This document shows positions 36,621 to 45,817 of a stretch of 64,000 nucleotides of DNA, one piece after another. The stretch's first letter is position 1; each line of letters opens with the position of its first letter. The DNA comes from a bacterium (GTDB taxonomy: Bacteria; Bacteroidota; Ignavibacteria; UBA10030). A program made the translations under genes and the position numbers. The notes under the pieces are model-generated. The model made no database searches and was not told where the DNA came from. It saw nothing but the letters and a program-made list of their open reading frames with translations. The DNA lies in contig JAZDJN010000042.1 of assembly GCA_043803945.1 (NCBI GenBank), positions 1-64,000 on the forward strand, written 5' to 3'.

Positions 36621-38702
36621 ATGAACGGGGGAGAGGTACACACCGAAGAGGATCGGCTGCGATTGATCCGAATCGCACAGGCAATTGGGATTGCAATCCT
36701 GATTGGGATTCTCTATCCTTTTTTACTCTTACCGGGTATTGACCATAAACTTGGTATTACCATTACACTCCTGCTTGAGGGCGTTGCAGTCGTTGTAGTA
36801 CTGGTTTTAGCGGTGGGTGGTCGCGTCCTGGTTTCATCGATTGTCCTCGTCTTCAGCGCGCTTCTCTTTATCAATAGTATAGTTGTCTTCAGCGGCAATG
36901 GGATCCATGACATCATCATTTTGGCCTACCCATCTGCCTTGATTGTTGGCGGACTTCTCCTGAATCGTCGCTTGTACACGTTATTTTCCGCTTTTGTCAT
37001 CGTTTCCTTTGCAGGGATCACCTTTACTGAAATACAGGGCTGGTTTTATTCTTCGATGAGTGCTGCCACAGAACTGCGAGACATCATCGATAGTACTCTT
37101 GTCCTTCTCGTTACCTCCATTGCAGTAGGATTACTTACCGATTCGTTACGCCAGTCGGTAGCCAAGGCAAGAAGCAATGCTCTCGAATTGGCGGCGTCAC
37201 TTGAAACGCGCAATCGCATCATTGCTGGAAGTCCTGCGGCCCTCATAGCATACGATACCATGGAGCGTGTTTCAATATGGAATCCTGCCGCTGAAAGAAT
37301 ATTTGGGTGGAGCGAAACGGAGGTCATCGGTTCGGCAATCCCAATTTTGCCGCTGGAAAAAAAGGAGGAAGCACTAAGGCTTCGGGAAGCCATTATCAAA
37401 GGCTCCATCCTGAATGGCTTCGAAACACGTCGTCAAACGAGAGATGGTATGCTCATTGATGTACAACTCTCGTCAACTGCACTCCGTAATTCGGAGAGCG
37501 CAGTACTGAGTATTCTGGAGATGTATGAGAATATTTCGGAGCGGAAACAATTGCAGCATCAATTTCCCCAATCCCAAAAAATGGAGAGTCTGGGTACACT
37601 AGCGGGTGGCGTTGCGCATGATTTTAATAACCTGTTACAAGCAATTCTCGGCCATGCTTCACTAGCCCTCCGTACGCTGCCGGAGGGTCATGCGGCAGGC
37701 AATCATATTGGGAAACTGGAGAAAGCGGCATCGCGCGCAGCGCAGCTCACCCAGCAATTACTGGCGTTCACCGGTCGGGGTAAGTATAATCTTGTCTCAA
37801 TTCAATTAAATGAGTTGATCAGAGAAACCTATCACCTCTTTGAAGTCTCAATTCCGAAGCATATTGAGTTTGTACAGGAGTTGAATTCTGAAATTCCCTG
37901 CATCGAAGGAGATCCCGGTCAGGTTCAACAGATTATCATGAACCTGATCATCAATGCGAAAGATGCTATTGGTCATCAGCCGGGGAGGATTCGAGTTTCC
38001 ACCAAACTTGAACAGATTCAAAAAAACGATCTTCCATTGTGGACGCAATCCGGCGAACGTCCTTTGCCGGGTGTATACATCCTTCTTGAAGTTGAGGATT
38101 CAGGATGTGGAATGAGTGAAGATACAATGAGCAAAATTTTCGATCCTTTTTATACCACGAAGACGACAGGGCGAGGCCTCGGCCTCTCTGCGGCTCAGGG
38201 AATCCTTCGGGCACATCATGCGGCATTACAGGTCAGGAGCCGTCTTCAGGTTGGGACTCTTTTTCGGATTGCCTTCCCACAGGTTTCTGTAGTAGAGAAA
38301 GTGTATCTCGAGAAGGAATCTCGTGCGGGAAAATTATCAGGAGTCGTCCTCGTGATTGATGATGAGGAAACAATACGGGAACTGATTCATGACATGCTTG
38401 AAGGGAGCGGAATGCATGTTTTTATGGCATCGGATGGAAACAAGGGAATCGACCTGTACAGAGAACATCGTCAATACATATCCCTGGTATTGCTTGATTA
38501 TTCCATGCCGGGACTCAGTGGCGAGGAAACGTTCCATCGTCTGAAAGAAGTTGATCCGCAAGTGAAAGTGATCCTCTCCTCCGGATTTTCAGAGGGTGAG
38601 GCAACATCAAATTTTACCGGCCTTGGGCTCGCTGGATTTATTCAGAAACCGTACCGTCCTGATACTCTGGAGGAAACGATTCAAAAAGTCCTCCTGCTAT
38701 AA
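36621..38702 (+). CDS. Membrane-bound hybrid sensor histidine kinase (TM sensor-PAS-HisKA-HATPase-REC; CckA-like)
   Basis: QKMESLGTLAGGVAHDFNNLL H-box, MNL.INA.DA, FDPFYTTK..GRGLGL, REC with LLDYSMP. Confidence 0.93.
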   Translation: MNGGEVHTEEDRLRLIRIAQAIGIAILIGILYPFLLLPGIDHKLGITITLLLEGVAVVVVLVLAVGGRVLVSSIVLVFSALLFINSIVVFSGNGIHDIIILAYPSALIVGGLLLNRRLYTLFSAFVIVSFAGITFTEIQGWFYSSMSAATELRDIIDSTLVLLVTSIAVGLLTDSLRQSVAKARSNALELAASLETRNRIIAGSPAALIAYDTMERVSIWNPAAERIFGWSETEVIGSAIPILPLEKKEEALRLREAIIKGSILNGFETRRQTRDGMLIDVQLSSTALRNSESAVLSILEMYENISERKQLQHQFPQSQKMESLGTLAGGVAHDFNNLLQAILGHASLALRTLPEGHAAGNHIGKLEKAASRAAQLTQQLLAFTGRGKYNLVSIQLNELIRETYHLFEVSIPKHIEFVQELNSEIPCIEGDPGQVQQIIMNLIINAKDAIGHQPGRIRVSTKLEQIQKNDLPLWTQSGERPLPGVYILLEVEDSGCGMSEDTMSKIFDPFYTTKTTGRGLGLSAAQGILRAHHAALQVRSRLQVGTLFRIAFPQVSVVEKVYLEKESRAGKLSGVVLVIDDEETIRELIHDMLEGSGMHVFMASDGNKGIDLYREHRQYISLVLLDYSMPGLSGEETFHRLKEVDPQVKVILSSGFSEGEATSNFTGLGLAGFIQKPYRPDTLEETIQKVLLL

Positions 38703-39024
38703 AGGATTCTGTTCGTAATCTTTTAGTATGATGTGTGCCTGGCCCGCTATCCTTTTTATTAAGGCATTGAATTTCGCTTAAATACCGCAATTATCATTGT
38801 TTGGTTACTTTCATTTCCACTTTTTCTCATAATAATTCAGCCATTTTTACCTTGATACTCTACTGCTGCAATGTTAAACTTTTATGGGGGTGAGCGCGTT
38901 CACCTCAAATAGTTGGGAAATGATGCCGTAGTGAGCTTCATAGCTCGTTCGTGCATTCGATTGTAACAGTGAATGCTGAACAAGAGTATTCCGGTGACTT
39001 GGTTGGACATCGAAGGATTTAAAC

Positions 39025-42000
39025 ATGGTTGATCTGAAATTGGTACGACATTCTTTGATCCGCGGAAAAGGATTGATTGTGGCGCTATTCTTTGGAGCCG
39101 CCGCATTCTTCCTCATGTTGGGTGAAATACATCTCACAATCCCGGGAACAGTCCTGGTCACTGATCCCCGCGAAATTTTTGTGACGATTGGTGCAGCATT
39201 ATCCGGACCGGTTGGGGGGTTACTCATTGGATTTCTCTCGGCAATCATCCACCCGGTCAGCGAATATCGGGTGTATGGCATCATTCAGCATATGATAGCT
39301 GCATTCCTTGTCGGCTGGGCATATAAGAAAATTCTCTATCAGCGATTCAGAATGCCCTGGATGCTGCTCGGATGGATGATTCTTGTCATTCTCTATTATT
39401 TTGTTGGACTCGTCGTAAGTTTTTCTCTTCTCTCTTACAATAACCATGCACTCTATGTGAGCCTTCTTGGGCATGATCAGCCGGTTTTGCAAACGCTGTA
39501 CGGGATATCTGGAGATTTAATCCCGGAGCTCATTTTGACAGTGGTTGTCTCCACCTTGATCCTGTTTGTCCTCCCCTCGGCATATCGAAAACCATTATGG
39601 GGGACCGATTTACCGAGGAAGACAATTGAATTTGACTCGACAGGACTCAAAAGCAGAATTCAAAAGTTCTTCGAAGGGAATTACCTGGGTGTCCGGGTCG
39701 CTGTCTGGTTTCTGCTGCTCTCGCTCCTGCCGGTATTGGTTCTTGGATTGTTCGTGCAGAATGAGATGAAGGAAACATTCTTGACTGTGGAAGCGCTGCA
39801 AGGTCGCGAGCAAGCACGGATAGCAGCTCGGTTAATTGTCCAACAAAGGGAGAAATCGGTCCAGAATGATATTCAACTATTTGCTCGTGAGAATTTTTCG
39901 ACGTTTTTTGTTGTCGACCGCCAGGCCAGATATATCGCCCATTCCGATTCAACTAAACTCGGTCGTTCAGCATGGGAGGACTATCCTTCCAGTGATATAA
40001 CAACTATCCTCTATGGGATGGATGGTACAATCCGTAATCCGGAGAAAGGAACCACATTCGGTTTTTCAACAGTGCCCCAAAGCGATTTGATTGTCGTCGT
40101 CAGATCTAATCCTGTTAATCTCCAACATTTGATGAGAAGCCTGCTGTGGATATCGCCAACCCGATTGCTGTTAAGTCTCTTTCTCGTCGCATTGATCGGG
40201 GGAACAGTGATATGGTTCTTTATCGTTCGTCCGATTCGGAGGTTGACATGGGCAGTTGAAGAACTGGGCCAGGAAAATTTCCAGGTTCGGGTTGATGCTG
40301 CCGATATGGATGGGGAAGTAGGAATTCTTGCAAATCGATTTAATGAAATGAGTACCAATTTGCGGATTGCCTACCGGGGATTGGAGGAAGAAATTGCTGA
40401 AAAAACAACTGCAAGTGAGGCTCTCCATCTGAGCAAAGCGCGATTATCGGAGGTCCTCTGGATCGCCCACATGGGATATTTTGAAATGGATTTCATTGCT
40501 GGCACAATCTCGCTCTCGTCAGAGGCACTTGCGCTCCTTGGCACGACAGCGGACAGGCAGGATCGCACGACATTTCCAATCGATACATTCTTCGCACAGT
40601 ATACCCATCCCGTCGATCTTGAAAAAGTGCGTCAGGGGCTTCAGCATGTTATTCATGATGTTACTCTCTCTTCGAGTATGCATGAAGAGTTTGAGTTCCG
40701 TGCAATCAACATAATAGGTGAAACGGTTTGGCTCAACAGTCATTATCGGGTTGTGAAAGATGAACAAGGGAAGGCCATCGCGGTCGTCGGTTCATTTCAG
40801 GATATCACTGCACGCAAACTTGCCGAGCTTACGTCAGAAACAAACCGTAAACTCTTTCAAGCTGTCGTCGAAAACAATCTCGATGCAATCATGTTGCTCG
40901 AGAAGAGTGGACAGATCAGGTATGTCAGCCCCTCGACTGAGCTTATCGTAGGGTATTCGCCGGATGAGCAGGTTGGTATGAATCTTCTCGATACGATTCA
41001 TGCTGATGATCGGACAAAAGTGTTATCGGCGATTGAGCATATTTCCCGTCGTCCGGATGCTGCCTTCCGGAAAGAGTTCAGAACCAGGAGAAAAGATGGG
41101 TATTGGGTTTGGGTTGAAGCCGTTGCGAAAAATTCCCTCGGCGATCCGAGTGTTAACGCGATTGTCGTCAACTACCGTGATATTTCGGAACGAAAACGTG
41201 CGGAAGCAACGATCCAATCTATTCAACGCGGCACTGCACTGGCGAGTGGTGACAAATTTTTCCGTAATCTCGCACTCGAATTGAGTACAGCCTTGCATAC
41301 CCGCTTTGCCTTCGTCAGTAAAATCAATCAAAAAGAGCAGCAGAAGGCTGAGGTTTTTGCATTTGTCGATAATGGTAAGTTCCTGTCCAATCGTGAATAT
41401 GAATTGGCAGGTACACCCTCCCAGATGATTATCGAACGAGGCTTCTGTTCGATGACGAAGGATATGCAGAGAACCTTCCCGCACGATCAATCCATTCAAG
41501 AGGCTGGAATACAAAGTTATTTTGGATTACCGCTTACCAGTTCCTCCGGACAGATTCTTGGAATAGTCTCCGTGATGCACGATCACCCGTTAGCAGAGAG
41601 CGAGATCATTACGTCGCTCCTGAGGATATTTGCGGCGCGCGCCGGCTCGGAACTTGAACGGCTCCAAGCGGAAGAACGGATCAACATGCTGGCTTTGGCG
41701 TTGGAAAATGTCACTGACTGTGTCTGTATCACGGATCCTGAGAATAATTTTATTTTTGTGAATGATGCGTTTCTAAGAGTCTACGGGTATAGCGAATCTG
41801 AAATCATCGGGAAGAATATCTTGATGATCTACTCATCATCCAACGATTCAAACGTCCGCTCACTCTTACAGCCAAGTGCCTTGGGGGGAGGGTGGAAGGG
41901 CGAACTCTGCAATAAGAGAAAGGATGGTACTGATTTCCCGATCTATCTCTCTGTCTCGGCCATCCGGGATAACGATGAAAAGTTGGTTGCGTTTATCGGA

Positions 42001-43938
42001 ATTGCCACCGATATCTCGGAGCGGAAGAAAGCGGACGTGGAAATGGTGAAACTTCGCCAGGCCGTGGAATCTTCGAGCGGAATCGTCTTTATGACAGATT
42101 GCGATAGTATGATTACGTATATCAATCCGTCGTTTACAAGGCTGTATGGTTATTCCGAAGAAGAGGTTGTTGGGAAGACGACACCCCGAATTCTTAAGAG
42201 TGGCATAGTCGATTCCGAAGAGTACAAAAACTTCTGGCAGCAGTTATCCGAAAAGCAAGTCATGCGAGGCGAACTAATTAACCGGACGAAGGATGGGCGG
42301 TTAGTTACCGTGGATAGTTCGGCAAACCCGATTATCGATGTTGACGGAAATCTCGTCGGATTCCTGGCAATTCAGAATGATATTTCCGAGAAGAAGAAAG
42401 CCGAGGAAGCTCTCCTCCACAGCGAGGAAAACCTCCGGAATGCACAACGCATCGGGAAGATCGGGAGTTGGGAAGTACGTCTCGATACCGGAGCTGTGGA
42501 ATGGTCGGAGGAGACCTATCGAATTTTTGGCCGCTCGCCGGCCGACTTCCATCCGGACCAACAAGCAATCATCGATGCGATGTATCCCGAAGATCGCCAG
42601 AGTCTGCAGCGGTTGTTCAAACATCCGAATGAGCACCGTGATTCGCTCCATCTCGATCATCGCGTTATTCTTCCGGACGGGACGATCAAATACGTTCATA
42701 TGTTGATGGAGCTTGAACGGGACAAGGATGAGGTCCCCACAAGGATGATCGGATCGATCCAGGATATCACCGACCGCAAGCTTGCGGAGCACGAGCTGAT
42801 CGAGAGCCGTAACTTTAATGCACAGGTGATGGCTGCAACGCCTAGTATTGTTTATGTCTTCGATTTGATCGAAGGAAAAATTGTCTACGCCAATAAATCC
42901 ATCGCCGAGCTTCTGGGGTACTCTCTCGAAGAACTTATGGCTGGTCGCGGATCCATGTGGATTCAAGTGATCCATCCCGATGATAAACAAAGTGCTGAAG
43001 CTGTTGAAAAGCAATGGGAAATTGCCACAGATGAAGATCTCTTCAGTATGGAATATCGGGTCCGTACCAAGGATGGTGATTGGCGCTGGATTCTCGGCCG
43101 GGAGAAAGTATTGAAGCGCACAGGTGAAGGCCGCGTGCACCAAATAATAGGCCTGGCAACGGATTTTACTGATCGGAGAAAAGCTGAGGAGGAAATCCGG
43201 CGATTGAATACAGAACTCGAACAGCGTGTTCGCGATCGAACGGTCCAACTGGAATCTACCAATAAGGAATTGGAAGCCTTCAGCTATTCGGTCTCCCATG
43301 ACCTTCGCGCTCCGCTCCGGCATGTATCGGGTTTTGTCGACCTCCTCCGGGATCATACCAAAGACACCCTGGATGCACAGAGCACCAGATTCATCAATAC
43401 CATCGCAAAATCTGCGGTGCAGATGGGAACACTGATTGATGACCTCCTGGCATTCTCGCGCATTGGGCGTGCAGAGCTCCGGACGGCGCGTATCGCAACA
43501 GCGCTTATTGTTGAAGACGTATTGAAGGAGCTTGAGCATGAGACGCGGGATCGCTCAATTCTCTGGACTGTCGGCCAATTGCCTGAAGTCCGGGCTGATC
43601 ATACATTGATCAAACTTGTGTTTTCGAATCTCATTTCAAATGCACTGAAATTCACACGGAAGATAGAAGAGGCCCATATAGAGATCGGATGCCTCACCAC
43701 CGAAGAACAGTCACAGGAATACATCTTCTTCGTACGAGACAACGGTGCGGGTTTCGAAATGAAATATGTCGATAAGTTATTTGGCGTTTTTCAACGGCTT
43801 CATACAGTGGAAGAATTCGAAGGAACGGGAATTGGACTGGCAAATGTCCGTCGGATTGTTCATCGGCATGGTGGGAAATCCTGGGCTGAGGGAATCCTCG
43901 ATGGCGGTGCGACATTTTTCTTTTCGATTCCCCGATAA
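39025..43938 (+). CDS. Giant sensor histidine kinase (5TM LytS-like - Cache - HAMP - multiple PAS - GAF - HisKA - HATPase)
   Basis: DPREIF...GAALSGPVGG, HAMP (PIRRL...EVGILANRFNEM), about six PAS/PAC units, one GAF, FSYSVSHDLRAPLRH, FQRLH...FEGTGIGL. Confidence 0.92.
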   Translation: MVDLKLVRHSLIRGKGLIVALFFGAAAFFLMLGEIHLTIPGTVLVTDPREIFVTIGAALSGPVGGLLIGFLSAIIHPVSEYRVYGIIQHMIAAFLVGWAYKKILYQRFRMPWMLLGWMILVILYYFVGLVVSFSLLSYNNHALYVSLLGHDQPVLQTLYGISGDLIPELILTVVVSTLILFVLPSAYRKPLWGTDLPRKTIEFDSTGLKSRIQKFFEGNYLGVRVAVWFLLLSLLPVLVLGLFVQNEMKETFLTVEALQGREQARIAARLIVQQREKSVQNDIQLFARENFSTFFVVDRQARYIAHSDSTKLGRSAWEDYPSSDITTILYGMDGTIRNPEKGTTFGFSTVPQSDLIVVVRSNPVNLQHLMRSLLWISPTRLLLSLFLVALIGGTVIWFFIVRPIRRLTWAVEELGQENFQVRVDAADMDGEVGILANRFNEMSTNLRIAYRGLEEEIAEKTTASEALHLSKARLSEVLWIAHMGYFEMDFIAGTISLSSEALALLGTTADRQDRTTFPIDTFFAQYTHPVDLEKVRQGLQHVIHDVTLSSSMHEEFEFRAINIIGETVWLNSHYRVVKDEQGKAIAVVGSFQDITARKLAELTSETNRKLFQAVVENNLDAIMLLEKSGQIRYVSPSTELIVGYSPDEQVGMNLLDTIHADDRTKVLSAIEHISRRPDAAFRKEFRTRRKDGYWVWVEAVAKNSLGDPSVNAIVVNYRDISERKRAEATIQSIQRGTALASGDKFFRNLALELSTALHTRFAFVSKINQKEQQKAEVFAFVDNGKFLSNREYELAGTPSQMIIERGFCSMTKDMQRTFPHDQSIQEAGIQSYFGLPLTSSSGQILGIVSVMHDHPLAESEIITSLLRIFAARAGSELERLQAEERINMLALALENVTDCVCITDPENNFIFVNDAFLRVYGYSESEIIGKNILMIYSSSNDSNVRSLLQPSALGGGWKGELCNKRKDGTDFPIYLSVSAIRDNDEKLVAFIGIATDISERKKADVEMVKLRQAVESSSGIVFMTDCDSMITYINPSFTRLYGYSEEEVVGKTTPRILKSGIVDSEEYKNFWQQLSEKQVMRGELINRTKDGRLVTVDSSANPIIDVDGNLVGFLAIQNDISEKKKAEEALLHSEENLRNAQRIGKIGSWEVRLDTGAVEWSEETYRIFGRSPADFHPDQQAIIDAMYPEDRQSLQRLFKHPNEHRDSLHLDHRVILPDGTIKYVHMLMELERDKDEVPTRMIGSIQDITDRKLAEHELIESRNFNAQVMAATPSIVYVFDLIEGKIVYANKSIAELLGYSLEELMAGRGSMWIQVIHPDDKQSAEAVEKQWEIATDEDLFSMEYRVRTKDGDWRWILGREKVLKRTGEGRVHQIIGLATDFTDRRKAEEEIRRLNTELEQRVRDRTVQLESTNKELEAFSYSVSHDLRAPLRHVSGFVDLLRDHTKDTLDAQSTRFINTIAKSAVQMGTLIDDLLAFSRIGRAELRTARIATALIVEDVLKELEHETRDRSILWTVGQLPEVRADHTLIKLVFSNLISNALKFTRKIEEAHIEIGCLTTEEQSQEYIFFVRDNGAGFEMKYVDKLFGVFQRLHTVEEFEGTGIGLANVRRIVHRHGGKSWAEGILDGGATFFFSIPR

Positions 43939-43996
43939 CTAATCACCAAGGATTTGTAGAACCGGCAATGCATAGTAGGGAAGTGATGAGTGAGAA

Positions 43997-45757
43997 ATGA
44001 ATGAGTGGCTAAAACAAATTCTGATTCCGCCCAGCATCGAACGACCGGACGAAATTCGGCGAGCGAAAGGAATCTATCTTGTCACGTCTGCCTTGGGAAT
44101 CGGGCTCATCGTTATATTCCTTCATCATTTGATCGTCAATCCCAATTGGAATGCGCTCTGGCCTCTCTTGGTGGAGCTCTTCGTTGTTCTCTTCAGTATA
44201 AGTTTTGTACGCAGAGGATCCTATGATCTTTCCCTTGGTATCCTTGTGTACAGCTTGCTCCTGGTTGCCAGTGCACTGATTTATTTCGGCGGTACCGGTA
44301 TTCACGATATGGCAATACTGATTTTTCCGGCAACGATTGTCGCGGCAAGTCTTTTATTGAATAGAAAATTCATCATCGTTTTTTCTATAATCTCCGTCCT
44401 GCTGGCCGGAATCCTCGTGATGGCAGAGATCAATGGATGGATACCCCTCAAATTAACAATAAAGACCTCCATCCAGGATCTCATTGATGTTGTCATTATT
44501 ATCACCCTGACAGCCGTTGCTGTTATTATTCTCACAGACGATTTACGGAAGAATCTCACTGCAGCCCGCCTGAAAGAAGAAGAACTGTCACTGCTTAATG
44601 CAGAACTTGAATGGAAAGCCGGGCTCTTGCGAGAAAGCGAGGCGCGCTATCGATACGTCATTGAGAGTGCATCCGATCCGATTCTCCTGGTTGGTATTAA
44701 TGGCCGATATGAATATACAAACGAGGCAGCGCTCAAGCTCTTTGGATATTCGCAGAGTGTTTTCCTCACAATGCAGTATCTCGACATGGTCCCCGCCATT
44801 CACAAGCGCCGGGCGCAGTATCACTTTATCCGTCAATATTGTAAGAAGGAATCCACCGCCTACTTCGAATGCCCGTTCAGGGGCCAATCGGGGAAGATAC
44901 TCTGGCTCGGCATCAGGACATCGCTGGTGTGGCAGGGCGATACGATTATAGGATTCCATGTGATTGCACGTGATATCAACGATCGAAGGAGGATCGAGGA
45001 GGAACTTCGAAGCTTGAATCTTGAATTGGAGGACCGGGTGCGTGAACGAACTGCTCAGCTCGAGGCAGCAACCAAAGAGCTTGAAACAATCAGTTATACC
45101 GTCTCGCATGACATGCGGGCCCCTTTGCGGCACATTGTCGCCTATGTTGAACTTGTGCAGGATCAGGCCAGGCTGGCCCTCGATGATGTCAGTGCACGAT
45201 ATTTGACGACGATCGGTTTTTCTGCAAAGTGGATGGGGATGCTCGTCGATGCATTGTTGGGATTCTTGCGAATCACCAGTGCCGAAATGAAGAAGACCAA
45301 TTTGAATGTGAATGAACTCATCGGGGAAATTCAGAACGAACTTCAGCCCGAATTCGTTGGCCGTAAACTTGAGTGGCATATTGGAATGATCCCTCCAGTG
45401 ATGGCAGACCGTTCGCTGTTTAAGCTTGTCCTGTTCAATCTCATATCGAATGCACTTAAGTTTTCACGGAAAAGGGAACACGCAAGGATTGAAATTGGAT
45501 ATCAGGAACAAGAGGGTGATTCGGATGTAAAAGTTATTTATATCCGGGATAATGGTATTGGTTTTGATATGAAGTATGCGGAAAAGATTTTTGGCATCTT
45601 CCAGCGATTGCACAGCCAGGGTGATTATGAAGGGACCGGAATCGGTTTAGCCAAGTCACGGCGCATTATGCAGCGTCATAATGGCAGCATCTGGGCTAAA
45701 GGATCGCTGGAGGAAGGTGCGACGTTCTTTCTCGCTCTTCCGATAGAGGAGAGTTAA
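43997..45757 (+). CDS. Membrane-bound PAS sensor histidine kinase
   Basis: About 6 TM with GIHD motif, one PAS, SYTVSHDMRAPLRH, FQRLH...EGTGIGL. Confidence 0.92.
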   Translation: MNEWLKQILIPPSIERPDEIRRAKGIYLVTSALGIGLIVIFLHHLIVNPNWNALWPLLVELFVVLFSISFVRRGSYDLSLGILVYSLLLVASALIYFGGTGIHDMAILIFPATIVAASLLLNRKFIIVFSIISVLLAGILVMAEINGWIPLKLTIKTSIQDLIDVVIIITLTAVAVIILTDDLRKNLTAARLKEEELSLLNAELEWKAGLLRESEARYRYVIESASDPILLVGINGRYEYTNEAALKLFGYSQSVFLTMQYLDMVPAIHKRRAQYHFIRQYCKKESTAYFECPFRGQSGKILWLGIRTSLVWQGDTIIGFHVIARDINDRRRIEEELRSLNLELEDRVRERTAQLEAATKELETISYTVSHDMRAPLRHIVAYVELVQDQARLALDDVSARYLTTIGFSAKWMGMLVDALLGFLRITSAEMKKTNLNVNELIGEIQNELQPEFVGRKLEWHIGMIPPVMADRSLFKLVLFNLISNALKFSRKREHARIEIGYQEQEGDSDVKVIYIRDNGIGFDMKYAEKIFGIFQRLHSQGDYEGTGIGLAKSRRIMQRHNGSIWAKGSLEEGATFFLALPIEES

Positions 45758-45817
45758 GAAGACAGCAGTTGAAGTGAGTGATCGCCTGGATTGAGTACTT
45801 GATGAGGGAACCAAAGT

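Noticed and set aside
42301-45379. Long antisense ORFs (412 aa and 263 aa)
   Set aside because: Shadow frames of the kinase genes with no motifs
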